Positions 1 through 15,145 are shown, counted from the first letter of the whole stretch. The stretch is 63,483 nucleotides of DNA, filler included, from Octopus bimaculoides (GCF_001194135.2; 4 parts of 4 records of this genome joined end to end with filler, not necessarily neighbours in it); one strand, 5' to 3'. Numbers and translations: made by a program. The notes: generated from the sequence alone by a model not told the origin.

Positions 1-143
1 GTAGAATGTTCTCTATGTGGCTCGTGTGTTTTCTCGTCTACGTTTGTTTGCAATGTCCTGTACCCAGATATGCACCTATACATACAGGTGGATGTCGGTA
101 TGTACATACCTGTACGTATATATGCATATACTCATTTCTATTT

Positions 144-183
<40 letters not shown>

Positions 184-1269
184 TTATTTCAGTTTATTCG
201 GCTACGGCTATATAAAGCATATTCGCATTTACACACACGCGCATGCTCACCCAATCCCCTTCACACACATACACATACACAAACAAACACACACATATAC
301 ATATATTCAGTCAGAAAATATATGGACATTGTAAATGTTACTCATTATTCCATTTGCGAAATATTCTGACAAAATACTCTGTAATAATATTTAGATATAA
401 TTTCATGCTGATAAAATATTTCTTTCTTTTCCAAGCCTCAAACTGCTTGTTCGGACAACAAATAATATCTCCAACTTAAACATTGAAAATCAAATGACAA
501 AACGATAATTTTAACATGTCATTTTTCTATCTTTTCATGTTCCAAAAAGAAATGATTTATAGTGTTTTTATTAGATTTGTACTTTCATCCTTTGAAAGGA
601 AAGAATATATTTCCCATGTAAAAACTGTATACTACATGTATTTTCAAATATCGTACAACATTTGCATGTTAACTGATGTAGATTCATGCTCGATGTAAAA
701 TTATATCAGACAAGACTAGTGCTTACTGGGGCAGATTCTTTCTGATAAAATGTAGTTGGAACTGTGGAAATTTTTCTCTGTTATCTTGAACTATTTCTTT
801 CATGGGTTGCACATATTTGTAGTGTTCTCTTTCATTCAAATTCTCCCCTCTAACTTCATCTTTTCCTATCTCCTCTTGTCAATCAATGTTCATTGCGGTG
901 TTCACTTTTATGCATATGTGTTCCTCACTGCTGGTCTCGTGCTCGTTTTAGTGATTCGTCTATCTGAAGATTTAATCTATATATATGTGTAGGTATATAT
1001 ATATATATGTACGTATGTATGTACATACATATATATACGTATATTCATACACACAGACATATATACATATTATACACACACACACATATGTATGTATATA
1101 TCTTATGAAGTAAAATATATTTCACTTCATTTAAAAGAAAAAGTACACATTACGTCGTCGCCCTTTTATCACTGCCATACTGTCACCTGTCTTATACAAG
1201 TTCTCATTATATTACATTTTTTATTATTCGTTTCTACCCAAGGTACAAGGCTCGAACGTAAAGACAGGA

Positions 1270-1511
1270 CGAAATACCTATTTCTTTACTGCCCTCAAGG
1301 GACTACACACAAAGGGGACAAACAAGAACAGTCAAACGGATTAAGTCGATTATATCGACCCCAGTGCGTAACTGGTACTTAATTTATCGACCCCGAAAGG
1401 ATGAAAGGCAAAGTCGACCTCGGCGGAATTTGAACTCAGAACCCAGTGGCAGACGAAATACCGCTGAGCATTTCGCCCGGCGTGCTAACGTTTCTGCCAG
1501 CTCACCGTCTT
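1270..1511 (-). mobile_element. tRNA-derived SINE, family B (head GGCGGCGAGCTGGCAGAA), near full length
   Basis: Reverse strand has an A-box-like TGGCAGAAACGTTAGCA, a B-box-like GAGTTCAAATTCC and the body CCTTTCATCCTTTCGGGGTCGATAAATTAAGTACCAG. The same body recurs at ~1513-1628, 1641-1850, 15146, 27526, 30970 and 48326. Confidence 0.85.
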
Positions 1512-1512
1512 A

Positions 1513-1850
1513 AAAGGATGAAAGGCAAAGTCAACCACGACGGAAGTTGAACTCAGAACGTAAAGACGGACGAAATATCTCCAAGTATTTTCGACCAGCG
1601 TGCCCATGATTCTGCCAGCTTGCACATTTTTTTATTATTATAAAGGTGGTGATCTCGCAGAATTGTAAGTGCGCTGGCCAAAATGCTTAATAGCATTTAT
1701 TCTGTCTATACAGTTTGAGTTCAAATGTCGTCGACTTTGCATCCTTTTGGGGTCGTTAAACAAGTACCAGATGAGCAATAGGATCGATGTAATCGATTCA
1801 GACCCTCCCCCGAACTGTCAAGCCTTGTGCCTGTAGTAGAAAGGATAATA
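1513..1850. mobile_element. Two further family-B SINE copies head-to-head (1513-1628 minus, 1641-1850 plus)
   Basis: Same A/B boxes and body as 1270-1511, more diverged. Confidence 0.75.
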
Positions 1851-3190
1851 TTACATTTTTATGGTTGGGTGCACGTGCTTTTGTGTTTGCATGGGTTCCT
1901 CATTTCTCCTCCTCACCCTTCTCTCTTTTTTCCCTCCGACCACTACAACTTCCCTCTGCGTTCCACTCATCCACTTTTTGCCTGCCATTTTCTCAGTATA
2001 TCTTCTCTCCCTTCAACTGAAAGCAAAATTATCATACACGTAATTACATACTTCGTCTATTGAGAAATAGTTAACTCTTATATGAAATTATGAAATCCAC
2101 ACACTGTTCATTAAATCATGATGATAACTTAAAATGGTAATTCAACTGACAAGACAGCCCAGCTAGTGTTCTTCTGAGCATATTGTCAACTGCCATAATC
2201 CAGGATTGAAGCAGATTCGTTCAAATATGTATAATAGAAATAGGTCTGTTTGTATGAATATATTGATATTTGTATGTATCAATGTTATAATCGCATATAT
2301 AAAGTGTCTCCTATTCAAAACTATAAATGTTTGTTTCCCGTGATTGATTTTGTCGTTCACACAGTTTTCCTTTTTCTTTTTAGTACAATAGTAATAAACA
2401 CGAAAACTTTATGTTCGATAATAAAAATTAGATTCATGAAACAGTAGACAAGTTAAAACTTATAAATTCGAAAACACAATACAGCTATACTAAAATATAC
2501 AGTTTTATTGTTTTAATTTTATTTTCAATTTTCAGGGTTTTTTTTTTTTGTGATGATACAGTAGTGAAATATATGTAATTTTACTGACTAGATTTTTCAA
2601 AGTGAGCAGGCTTGCGAGCCTATAGTTTAAAGTGAATATTTTTTAAGTGTTGGGGAATTGAAAAAATTGACGAAAAACCTGTATAAATATTTTCCAGATT
2701 TCCAATTGCAGTTTTTAATAGTTTGGATGAGAAGTGTTTCACTAAAAGCAGCGCTCACATTTTAATTTTGAGACTGAAATTTCATTCAGTTATTCGATGT
2801 GAAGTTAGCTATAAACTTTCCTTCTTTCGATTGCTATTGTATCCTGATTTAATTCAATAAATCTTGTGGTGGATACAGACAGCGAAAACAGTTTGATTAT
2901 AGCATGCTATATGAAATTCATAATATTTCATTTACTTTTAGTCGTTTTCTAAAGTATGTATGAGTTAAACAATACCAATAATGTTTCTGATTGTGATTTG
3001 TTTGATTAATATATTTTCATGATTACCAAAGAAGACCTAGAAGTCAATATGCATTAAATCTTCTTAAAACTTCTCAAGTATCGTCTGAAGATAAGAATGA
3101 ATACATGTATACATACATGCAAGCAGACAGACACACACACAAATACGCGCGCGCACAGACGCACACACACACTCTCACACACACACACAA

Positions 3191-3293
<103 letters not shown>

Positions 3294-4244
3294 AAGTTTT
3301 CGACTCATACATTTACTAACTGCGGCTACAGCAGATGTGACTCCACTCGAGATCACACACCACAATGAGAATTTCTTGAATACACAGCCTTTTCTGCGCC
3401 TATATCTCAATATTCGTAACGTTTATATTACCATAACTATCGACCAGAGAGTCATGACATGTTACATCTTTCTCTTTTCATTACAAATTGGATTCTTCAA
3501 TTTTATTTCAATATCCGATGCCTTCAGAATAAGTTAGAATGATCTAAAAATTCGCGAAACCGATCAAAAAACGAAGGCTCGTACATAGTCATGGCGAGTG
3601 AGTTGTAAGAGTAAGCAATATTTTAAACTCTTATATAGTCTAAGCTACTACCGCTCTATACATAAGTTATCAGTGTTGATAATACTGTAAATATGTATAC
3701 GCTACGCTAAAAGAGATGTTTGTTTATTAGTTTATAGTACTACATTCACTTACTTTGCTAAGTATATCACAAAAACAGACAGAGAGGGGATTCAGCTAGT
3801 TTGCTAACTGTAAATATGATAACACAATATCTTAGTGCTGCTCCTGGGATCTCATGGGTGATGGAACCACCAAATTCTCTTTGAAAGTAGTAAATGTCAA
3901 ATACTATTATTTGCTTGATATAATATTATAGTTGATAGCTAATGGCTGCGTATTTACTTAATACAGGAGGAGAAGAAAACATAAATATGTAATGTTTGTT
4001 TTCATTCATTGCACTTAAGTTAATATGCAGAAGTTATATAACAAGAAGTAAATATCACTAGACGGGGATACTGCAATTACTAATATCCAATTGCACGTAT
4101 CAATAAATACCATCTTTATTACAATAATATGTTTAAACAAATACAGTAGAACAGGAAGCGCCTTTGTGTACCTGGTTACATACATGCAAACTTAGATGTG
4201 CATGTGGGTTTGTATGCATGTGTGAGTGTGTGTGTGCATATGTT

Positions 4245-4281
<37 letters not shown>

Positions 4282-4834
4282 GTGTGTGCGTGCGCGTGTG
4301 TTAATGTTTATAGATTGTTTAAATTGATATACAAATGTTATATTTAAAAAAAACGTGGTGATCAAAATTTTGGATAATTATTTATTTAGCGTTTTGATCT
4401 CGCTTTAAAGATTCCTCAGAGATTATTTTTTAAACAGAAAACATGCCTTTTGCATATATGTTAGTTGAAAAAATCTGGATTTGAATTGGCAGCAGAATAT
4501 CGTTTTTCATTTTTAATCCGTAAATTTGTGTGTACGCGCGCGTGTATTTGTGTATTTGTGTGTTTCTGCATGTGTGTGTAAGTATGTGTTTAGGTGAAAT
4601 TTTGGAGGCTTGGTTAGAGGGAGGAAAAGAAAGAAAGAAAGAAAGAAAGAGAGTGAGAAACTGCTCCTTTTCCGAGATGGCTGAAATTATATTGTGTTCT
4701 TCGTTCAGTTGTCATTGGACCCACCTGTAGAAGGGAATCTTTTTTCCGGAATGGTTGATATTCATTACAATTCAAGAGGTCAATATTCGTCTACTCACTG
4801 CTTTTGGTTTTTGATTTTTGGGGGTTTGTATTTG

Positions 4835-5400
4835 TCAATTGTCATGTTATCCAGATGTTATATCAAGCGGCAAAAAATAGACCCTACGGAGGTTTAACAA
4901 TGCAAACTAGAAAAATAGAACATCAAACACGAGCATATATTTCGTATGAATACCTAGGTAACGATTTAAGGATGTCATAAAAAAAACAGCCTTAAGGCTT
5001 TGGATATTGATATGAATACATGGAAGACATATTACTGAAAGCTGTATATCATGGAGATAGACTAACATCTATAGTTGTGGTGACTGTGAGCAAAAGCATG
5101 TGGAGCATGCTGATATGAAGAGTTCACTCTGTAAGCGGAATCCAAGTGCAGTGCCTGAAAAACCTCAGAAGAAATTAAAGTGAAATATGTGTGAACGATT
5201 GGGTTGTCAGCCATTTAAATTCACATCGTCCTAGGAAACTTCAAGCTTTAAGATGGTTCTGCTGTCCTGCGTATCGCTGTACATTGGTACCAAAAATATA
5301 AATAAGTGTAACATCTTTGAACATCCCTGCAGAACGAAATCTGGACTGCAGAGACACCTGCCAGCATATGATCGTACAATCTTCAGACAAGAAGTAGCAA
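4835..5400 (+). mobile_element. Decayed RTE-clade LINE 3' fragment
   Basis: Broken translation CHVIQM...PYGGL / PR*RFKDVIK..LKALDIDMNTWK / KCNIFEHPCRTKSGLQRHL matches the RTE C-terminal GHVxRM-YGEL-RFKD-TW-C2H2 series. Confidence 0.7.
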
Positions 5401-5479
5401 GCAGCATGTATATCATAAATATACTTCGATACATACACACACATATACATATACATATACATATGTTATTAAATATATG

Positions 5480-5545
<66 letters not shown>

Positions 5546-6877
5546 TGTGTGTGAGTGTGTGTGCGTACTAATTGTATTCATATGTTTTAATATCGCATTT
5601 GCATTAATCGTAACCATCATTGAAACTTTGAATATACAGTTCTGACGTGAATTAGACAGGAAAGAATAACGTTTCGTTATTTTTACCAAATGTCGAATTA
5701 CCTAAAATGTGTAATAACGATACATCATAGCTAACGAAGACCAACAATAAACACCCGTTTGCATTGTAAAAAAGAATAATTAACACTTCCCATCATCCGC
5801 AGACTTTCAGGTGCCACTACATATCGTCCAAAATATGTCTTATTTAGTAGGGGCGTCTTGCACTCTCCGAATATGCTTTCCGAAAACAGCACAACAAATT
5901 AAAAACAGCTGTCAATAAATTATCGTCATTCAACAAATTAAAAAAAAAAGCTGTCAATAAATTATCTCTTAAGTCTGGTTATTCGAGTGACGAAAAGAGA
6001 TGCTTCTACAACACTCAATATATAAATATGGTACGAGAATGAAATTAACTCTATTTATATTACGACAAACCTGTCAGAAATATTCCTCCGTTTTGTTTAC
6101 TCATTAATTGTATTTTTAGTGCAGTGTAGAGTATGAATATATAACAATTCTTGTTTGCTATATTTCACTAATATAATTAAAGTGTCAAAATGCTTCATTC
6201 TATCACGTTTCTCTTCCGATGTATATTTTCTCATTTTCTAGTTTTATTTAGATATATATGTTTGGTTGGGAAGTGTTCTCGTTATGATTTACTTACATTC
6301 TGCTAGAATTTAACAAATGATAATCTCAGGTGTGACGTCGTTTGGAATTCTTTCCATACACGGCAAACAAATCAGTATGATAGAGAATGACATGTGTTTA
6401 GTGTCACTTCGTTATATGATTATTTGAATGCATTATAAATACAGCTGCTTAACGAGTTCTCCAATTCGAACTGACATTTCTAATGATATAGTACAACACG
6501 TGGAAACATTGTAGCAAAATATTGATAACATTATATTGTACCAAGCGAATTCAAAGATATTTGAAAAGAAATTTCGAGAAGTATTTACGTTAATATAAAC
6601 TCAAAATTGGTTTAAAACATAATGTGATGTAAGAGCATGTTCATATAGATCAATATAATCAATCAATTTTTGACAATGAATCATTGTATTGCGGAGAGTG
6701 CATAGATACGCGAATCTATGCATGTATGAATATATATATATATATACAGATGTATATTTACATACATATACATACACACACACACATATATGAATGTATA
6801 TCTGTATGTATATTATATATTATATGTATGTATATGTATATATATGTAAATATATGTGAATGCATATGTGAGTATAC

Positions 6878-6914
<37 letters not shown>

Positions 6915-7050
6915 GTATGAGTTCATCTGTGCACGTGTGTGTCTGAGTGCGTGGGTGTGTGCGTGTTTGTGTGTGTTTCTAAGTATGAATATACACACAT
7001 ATAGGCGCGCACGCAAATATACATATGTAAGTATTAAAACATGCTATGAA

Positions 7051-7117
<67 letters not shown>

Positions 7118-8251
7118 ACGTGCAAACAACAAATTAGTCTAAAAAATATGCAATGCACACAACACATATAAGGTGTGTGGATTATACAATATAGATCATT
7201 GAACGCTAATTGCTAAATAGGTATACAAGCATTCTCCCCACCTTGGAAGTTTTCCCAAAGTATTGAACCATCTCCAAAACTGGTATCCATAACGTATGTA
7301 CAAATTTAACAATCAGCTTTGAATATTATATAAATACATAGTGACATACAAAAGATAGACATTATATATATATACACACACACAAATATATGCATGCATA
7401 CATATTTCTGAATATATATGCGTGTGTGTGTGTGTAGTTTTTGTGTGTGCGTTATGTGTGTGTGTGCATGTGTGTTTCTGTGTCTTTGTGAGTGTTTATG
7501 TGACTTTGCATGTGTGTGCATGTCTGTATATGACGATTTGTTTAAATAAAATGAAATATATTCATATATTCAGTATATAATTTAATATAATCGATCATGT
7601 TTTGACTGTCAATGTTTATAGTTAAGAAGAATGGCACTGCATACAAATAGATACATATATTTAACAATCTGATGTGCGTATACTAGAATTTTGCCCCTTT
7701 AATTGATAACTAACATCTTGATTTAAGATCTTCCTTTACAAAATCACGTTATATTGCTTCAAATTAATCTTGATAGTTTTATGACTATGTCCACTATGAT
7801 TTCTGTCGACTTCCTCAGCCCCTTTTCTAACAGATACTGCTCCTTGTTCCTTGGCTTTAGATTTTGATATACAAAGATTTTATAAACAAACCTATGAATT
7901 AAAACTGAGCCCTAAAAAGCAGTGACAAACTTCAGGTCTAACAAGTTTTTTTCCTGATGCCTCAGTCCATCTCCTTACCTTCTTGGAGGTTTTAGGCAAA
8001 ATTATACAAATGTGCCCATCTGTTTTAATTTAATTTAATTCTATATATTTATGCAGCTGAGAATTGCTCTGCATTTAAATTGGTGTAATGATTGCATTGT
8101 TCAATTAAATGGAGTTGCTTAAAACGATCATACTGCATTACCTCTGGATATACTGTTGCTTATTTTGATACATACATGTATATANNNNNNNNNNNNNNNN
8201 NNNNNNNNNNNNNNNNNNNNNNNNNNNNNNNNNNNNNNNNNNNNNNNNNNN

Positions 8252-8282
<31 letters not shown>

Positions 8283-8289
8283 TATATAC

Positions 8290-8522
8290 ACACCATAAGA
8301 TATCTCCCAGACACATATGTGTGTGTGTGTGTCTATGTTTGTCCCCCACTACAACTTGACAACAGGTGTTGGGTTTTTTACGTCCCCATAAGTTATTGCT
8401 TCTGCAAAAGAATTCGATAACTTAAAATAAATACTGGATTCGATTCATTCGACAAGCATTTCTTGAAGGCGAGCCCCCAAATGGCTGCATTCTAATGACT
8501 GCAACACATAAAAGATAAAAGA
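8290..8522 (+). mobile_element. Family-A SINE 3' half, diverged
   Basis: TGTTTGTCCCCC..CTTGACAAC..GGTGTT..TACGTCCCC..CCCCAAATGGCTGCA..TAAAAGATAAAAGA tail. Confidence 0.65.
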
Positions 8523-8539
8523 TGTATATATGCATATGC

Positions 8540-8576
<37 letters not shown>

Positions 8577-9674
8577 AATATACGTACATACACACATATA
8601 TGTAAATATATATATATATATATAATGTTCCCAGTCAAAGTACATTGAGGTTGTAGCTTCCATTGCAGCCAGAACGAAATATAATAGAGAGTTTACCATT
8701 CACATGGTCGAAGACAAATAATACGAGGAAGAAAGGATTTACAAGGCATGAAACTACCAAATGCCATATGAAATACATTATGTATATCAGTTTGCTCTCT
8801 GTCAGATATGAGCAAAATTTCCATTGCAGCTGACAGTGGACTGTCGCAGATGATTAGCTACTCAGAGACTAAGCATTTTTACGATAAAAATTTTGAAAAG
8901 CAATGATAAACACATATACCGTACAAGAAAAAATGTTGTTTTGTTTGTTACAGTGTAATTCATATAGATCGATGGAAAATTGATCTACGATTTTTATGCT
9001 AGTCCATTTCGTCATACGCAATATTTAAATAAGATTTGATGAAAGAGAGATGGTTATTTTCATGATATAGTGTATTTTTTTTCTAATTGTTTGCTTTAAA
9101 GTAGAGTGTTATTGCAATAAGATAATTTTATTTTGCAATGGAAATTTTACGATTAATTATATGTTTGCTTTGCATGTTTAACAATTAGTAGTATTATTTT
9201 GACATTTTGCAATATTGATACTATCGCCTCCGTTTAATATTTGCTATTTATCTGGTAGCGTGTATTACCATAATATTGATTTGTTACTTAGTCACGCTGG
9301 CTCAGATTTTTAAGAATGGATAAATGGTGTTGTGTGATATTTTCATCCATGTCTGTTTTGAATGGTTTTTACAATCATACACATCGCGTTATATTGCAGA
9401 AAGACCCACCGAATATGTGTCGACTAGTTGCATTAACATCAGAATATTTAAGCAACCTGTCTGTATATCTCTGTAAACCTTGAAGTTCACACAAGCTTTA
9501 TACACAGACACAGACGCACGCGTATATATATATATATATATATATATATANNNNNNNNNNGTCTGTTGTTATTTTTTGTATATTCTCCCATATATATATA
9601 TATACACACAAATATATATATACGTACATGCGTATATATACATATGTACGTACGTACATACATACATACACACA

Positions 9675-9709
<35 letters not shown>

Positions 9710-10754
9710 GCACTGTTACAAAGGTCCCACTCATCCACTCTAAAGTGCGGACCATGTACTTTACGTGGGGTTCAAATATTCACACTCATCATTTAATATA
9801 TTGCCGAAAAGCTGGAGAAATCTTCATAGTAAGGGAGGAGATGTTTACAAGAAACAACATGATCACCTGTTGTCCTAGATCCCACATAGACATACATAAC
9901 GGCAAAAAATTCAAAAGAGGGCAGTAATATCAATCACCCACTTCACCAGAAGCTAATCACAAAAGAATGGCCCCTAAAAAGATGACAATAGTGGGGTGCC
10001 CCAGCATGGTCACAGCCTTTAGGCTGAAACGCATAAATGAATAACAGAAAAGAATAAAAGAATATACATTTAACTCCCTCTTATCAAATAAATGGAACTC
10101 TGAAGCAACTTGCACCTAGAAAAAAATAAAAGAAAGTGTATTGTTCATTAGAGACAAGAGAATTTATCCTAATTTATGTTAATTTATTACTTATCATGAG
10201 AACAAACATCCTACTGTATCTAAAACTGATCATACCTTCTCAAAGTACTGTATTATATTTTACTGCACTTATAATACTTGTAATTTATTAGGAGGATTAC
10301 AATTCTTCCTTAAATTATATTTTTATTTCTTCCATTTTCTCTTTTTTCTACGATTAATGATAACACTGGGTATACATATAGTGTTTTAATGAATCGTGTA
10401 TGGCTCTACGGTAATTTAAAAAGCGATGATCAGATATCCGACAATTCAGCTATCTAGAAACACTCCGGACCCAACAATACCAGATATGAGATCTAAACAT
10501 GTGTGTGCGCGCGCGCGCATATACATATATACATACATTCGCCATGATAGATCGCTGACCACTACATATATTTTTTTTCTCTCCTTGTTTTTCTCCTTGT
10601 TTCTTTCTGTGCTCCTTTCTGTTGAAAAGCGTAGGCTCGAAACGTTAAAGACTTTCTCTATACCCGAGCGTTTTACTAATACATCCATTTGTTGTTTACA
10701 CCACCTGCCTTCGTCTGTTGTTTTTTCGTGAATTCTCCCTATACATACACATGC

Positions 10755-10957
10755 ACAATGGGATGCTGAAAAGTTCCTGGCTTTAAGGTTGTGAAAGGCT
10801 TGGTTGAAGGCCCAACTTTCCGAGTTGTTTTTACAAGGGTAGATAAACTGAAGGACCGCCGCAATAAGTGTGTGAATCTTGAAGAGAATATGTTCAATAA
10901 AATCATAATTAATTGATCCTCCTCTATTTTCTTTTACCCAAACCAGTACCACCTCGT
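10755..10957. mobile_element. Tc1/mariner-type MITE (~200 bp), right TIR eroded
   Basis: Left end GGGATGCTGAAAAGTTCCTGGCTTT; internal AAGTGTGTGAATCTTGAAGAGAATATGTTCAATAAA resembles the mariner C-terminal KCVxxxGEYVE end; right end CCTCGTA. Confidence 0.6.
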
Positions 10958-11289
10958 ATATGTATGTGTGTATGTATGTGTTTGTACGGGTGTATATGTA
11001 TGTGCGAGTGAAAAGACAGAGGTAGACGTAGATGGAGGTAGTGAATAAGATGACGATAGCAAATAAGCAAAGTTGATTGAGAGTTGGACAGCATTTTCTT
11101 CAGCATAATAAACGAGTCCGCCAGGGCCAGGACAAAGGATAATATGCTTGAGAAATCCTTAAGCATGTTACCAAGATATGCGCCGTTATCACCGTCAAGT
11201 GAATCTCATCAACTGGCAGGAAAACGGGAAATGTGTATATATATATATATTTATATGTATACACACACATATATATATATAGATATTAC

Positions 11290-11732
11290 TTTTATTTTAT
11301 TTCTTTTACTTGGTTCAGTCATATGGAGCAATACCTTAAAGGGTTTTAGTTGAAGAAATCGATCCCATGACTTATTCTTTGTAAGCGTAATACTTGTTCT
11401 ATCAATCTTTTTTGCAGAATAAGTTATGGAGACACAAACACACTAGCATCAGTTGTAAATCGAGGTGGAAGGGACAAACACAGAGACACACACAAACACA
11501 CACAGACACACACACACACACACACATACACATACATATATATATNNNNNNNNNNNNNNNNNNNNNNNNNNNNNNNNNNNNNNNNNNNNNNNNNNNNNNN
11601 NNNNNNNNNNNNNNNNNNNNNNNNNNNNNNNNNNNNNNNNNNNNNNNNNNNNNNNNNNNNNNNNNNNNNNNNNNNNNNNNNNNNNNNNNNNNNNNNNNNN
11701 NNNNNNNNNNNNNNNNTATATATATATATATG

Positions 11733-11771
<39 letters not shown>

Positions 11772-11933
11772 CGGGCTTCTTTTGGTTTCCTCCAACCAAG
11801 TCCACACACAAGGCTTTGGTCAGCCCGAGGCTATACTAGAAGACACTTTCTCAAGGTGCCATGCAGTGGGACTGAACCCGGAACCATGTAGTCGCGAAGC
11901 AAACTTCTTACCATACAGCCACGCCTGCGCCTA
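11290..11933 (-). mobile_element. Family-A tRNA-derived SINE (internal microsatellite spans a gap)
   Basis: Head GGCGCAGGCGTGGCTGTATGGTAAG, B-box GGTTCAGTCCC, CORE-like GGCACCTTGAGAAAGTG, internal (TA)n(TG)n and the family tail. Confidence 0.85.
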
Positions 11934-14104
11934 AATATTCAGACACTCATATCTACATATACGTACATAGACACACATAATAAAATCACATAGAAGTGCT
12001 CAACGTTCCATACATCCTTCTATTAGGATCATTGTTGATTTCTTGCAATGGCTTCTTTTCTGTATCGTAATTTGGTTTTAATTATTTCAAATCAAGTTTA
12101 TTGATCTGCTTCGAAAAGAAAATCAGTAGAATCTATCAGAACATACGCTTTCTGATATTCTGTAGTTGATTTATATCAATCAGATTATACTATTTCATAA
12201 GTCTGATTCCTAATTTCTTGTTGAGAGAGTTTCAAAGTCAAACATTCAACAACAAAAATTTTGAAACCATAAATTTGCTAAAATCTATTGCAACAGCATC
12301 AAACCACGATTCTGACGGCCTTTGATGCTTCTTATGGATTTGTGTAATAAAAATAATTCATAAAATTTATAGCATGTTGCAGAGTGCATGCATCATATTG
12401 ACTTTGTAATGTCATGTGACAAATAAAATCGATTATTTTATTTAAAAATAACGGTCGTTAATTTTAATTCTTTTTTCTATTAAACAAGCATATTCATGGT
12501 CGGCGACCATCGAAAGTATTGAAAGTATTCGTTCGGAATAAAATAGACAATATGCTGTGTGCTGATGAGATGAAGAATAGAAATGGAATGCAAAACGGGA
12601 AATGAATAATAGAATGTAGTTTTCAATGGTTAAATAAGTCAAGCAGAAATTCATTTAAAAGCAGTGCCTGTACATCTAATGACAAACCAATGATAGATTG
12701 ATGTTTTGTATTATTGCAAATCGACAATAGCTAATTGAAGCAACATTGTTCATCAGATAAAGTTGCACCACCTTCAATTTGATAGTGTTATATATCAATG
12801 TGATTTAAAGTAGCGCTGCTAAGATAAGAACGGGGGAAAATGATTTCTGAGATTCATGAACAATTGTAGATTATATTAATGAAACAGCGATTAAATTAGA
12901 CATTATTTTAAGACGCTATCGTTGAATACCGTTTTCATGAACAACTGGCAGGTAAATGCATTATTTATGATACAGGATTTCGGAAATTAAGCAAGAATAA
13001 ACTTTTTCAAAAGGGCTTATCAGAACCAATCAGTTTATCAAAAGTAAAATTCACTATTAAAAAGCAAAAACGATGCAAGTGAAGTGGATTCTGCCATCAT
13101 TTAGTATTTTGATTGTCGCCATTATGTCTTTTGTAATGCTGTTATGAAGTTTTATATAAATTTAGAGTTAATTTATTTACAATAAAATTTATATCAGTTA
13201 CAATTACATAGTTTAACTGATTTTCAAAATTTTATTGTAAATGAATTTGCTTCACGTTAGTCACCGATAATATTCTGAAAATCGTAAATCCCAAACAGTC
13301 CTAATTTTTTCAGCAAATCGTACATACTCTTATTATTTAAGGAAATATATCTCTCATAACTAAAGATTTCATTTCTCCTTTATAATATTCTGTGTTATGC
13401 CTGCCGACAATGTTATTTTCATGAAACAGGGTTAATTTTGTTTAATTATTTTATGGATTCTGAAAGCTTGAAATACATGCCATTTCAGCGTTATTTGAAC
13501 TTGAACCTATAGCGGTGCAAATAAATTCTACAAAGCATTGTATCCGTAACTAACTTTTCTGACACTCCACAGTCTTTGTGAAAAGAAATATAACTATGCA
13601 TAGTTGGTACAATAGTTGGTTTTATTCTTTGATATATTGATTTATCTTTAAATAAAATGTTCACTGTTTTATTCATCCGACCTATGGGCCTTGTAACAGT
13701 AACGAGTGAACATTTCCTACATATCAATTGATGCCTCAGGAGAATTTAGCAAAATCAATCAGTAAACTTTATATGCTCAGAATTAAAGTTAGCATAGAAA
13801 ACGAAATGACACAGCTTTTGTCTATTTATTGAGTTAAATCCAATTTCTGTTTCATCTTCATTTAATCAGAATAAATGAAAGAAGTTTGAGCCAGCATAGA
13901 ATATACAACCCATGCGCGGAATACTAGTTATACAATGCAAGATATGTGTTATATAACCCGTCATGCAAACTAAAACTAACCAATAACTAAATGTATATCC
14001 AAATCCCAGTTCTAATCCAAATGCAAATCGAAACTTAAATTATTAACTTATTAACTTAAATAAGAACACTTCAGTTAAACTGGAATCCAAGTCTACACTA
14101 TGTT

Positions 14105-14176
<72 letters not shown>

Positions 14177-14364
14177 CAAACCTTTTCCTTATTCTTAATC
14201 TATTCAAAATCTATAACTTTAAATGTGTCTGAAGCTATAGTAAAAATAGAAGCAATGTTGTATTCCTATTTTTAAAAGTCTGGTTATTGATAATAATTTC
14301 TTTACTCTTGATTAGTAACGTCTTCTTTTATAACTTTCAGTGAAATGGAAATTTATGTTACAGA

Positions 14365-15087
14365 CTAAGTCAGACTACTGCATTAGATAATAATGAATAG
14401 TGGACAAAACGGAGAAACCGTATGGTATATTACCAGCCAATGTACGCCACTAGCGCAGAAGGGATATAAGAGACGTCACGTCAATATAGCCAGGTTTGTC
14501 CATTGGACACTCTACAACAAGTATGGACTTGACAGAGCAAAAAATTGATACGACAACAACCCTGAATGCATCGTCGAAAATAGAAATGCAAAGATCCTAT
14601 GGGATTTTATGATTTAGTGCGACCATGAGATAGAGAATAGGAAGACAGACATAGTCTTAATTGAGAACGAAAACAAACTATGCTGGATCATAAACATATC
14701 ATGCCCAGCTGACAACAAGGTATGCGATAAGGAAGAAAGAAAAGTTGAGAGATATGACAGGTTAGCTTGGGAAGTTAAGCAGTTGTGGTCGACGAAAAAG
14801 GTAGCAGTAGTACCAATAATTGTTGGAGCCCTGGGAACAGTGAGCAAAAATCTCTAGAAGTACATGGAACAAACAGGGGATGCAATAAGGGTGGAGCACT
14901 TGCAGAAAACAGCACTGCTTGGAACCGCTCGAATACTCCGGAAGGTGCTCGAAAAATAAGAAGTGTTACCTTAGCTCACTGGTAGTGAACAGTTGATACT
15001 GTAGTATATCTCCAGCTGTGCANNNNNNNNNNTAGCTCACTGGTAGTGAACAGTTGATACTGTAGTATATCTCCAGCTGTGCAAAGG

Positions 15088-15090
<3 letters not shown>
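14365..15090 (+). mobile_element. R4/Dong-type non-LTR retrotransposon 3' fragment (zinc knuckle + RLE), 5'-truncated
   Basis: One frame to TAA at 14957-14959, with 3 internal stops: GETVWYITSQCTPLAQKGYKRRHVNIARFVHW...KILWDF..DHEIENRKTDIVLI..IINISCPADNKVCDKEERKVERYDRLAWEVKQLW..VVPIIVGALGTV..LQKTALLGTARILRKVLEK*. Ends in (TAA)n at 15089-15145. Confidence 0.9.

Positions 15091-15145
<55 letters not shown>

Noticed and set aside
2150-2240. LRRNT-like peptide PS*CSSEHIVNCHNPGLKQI
   Set aside because: It has an in-frame stop, lacks key cysteines, has no LRRs following and poor splice context.
4694-4897. ORF with a TM-like stretch ending in a PDZ-like TEV*
   Set aside because: Its 3' half overlaps an RTE remnant read in another frame (CHVIQM..PYGGL), and the start is non-ATG.
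8445-8699. Minus-strand ORF with a signal-peptide-like start (MVNSLLYFVLAAMEA)
   Set aside because: It runs straight into microsatellite and SINE sequence, with no convincing donor.
13073-13147. 24-aa hydrophobic smORF MQVKWILPSFSILIVAIMSFVMLL
   Set aside because: T-rich DNA gives such ORFs by chance; there is no supporting evidence.
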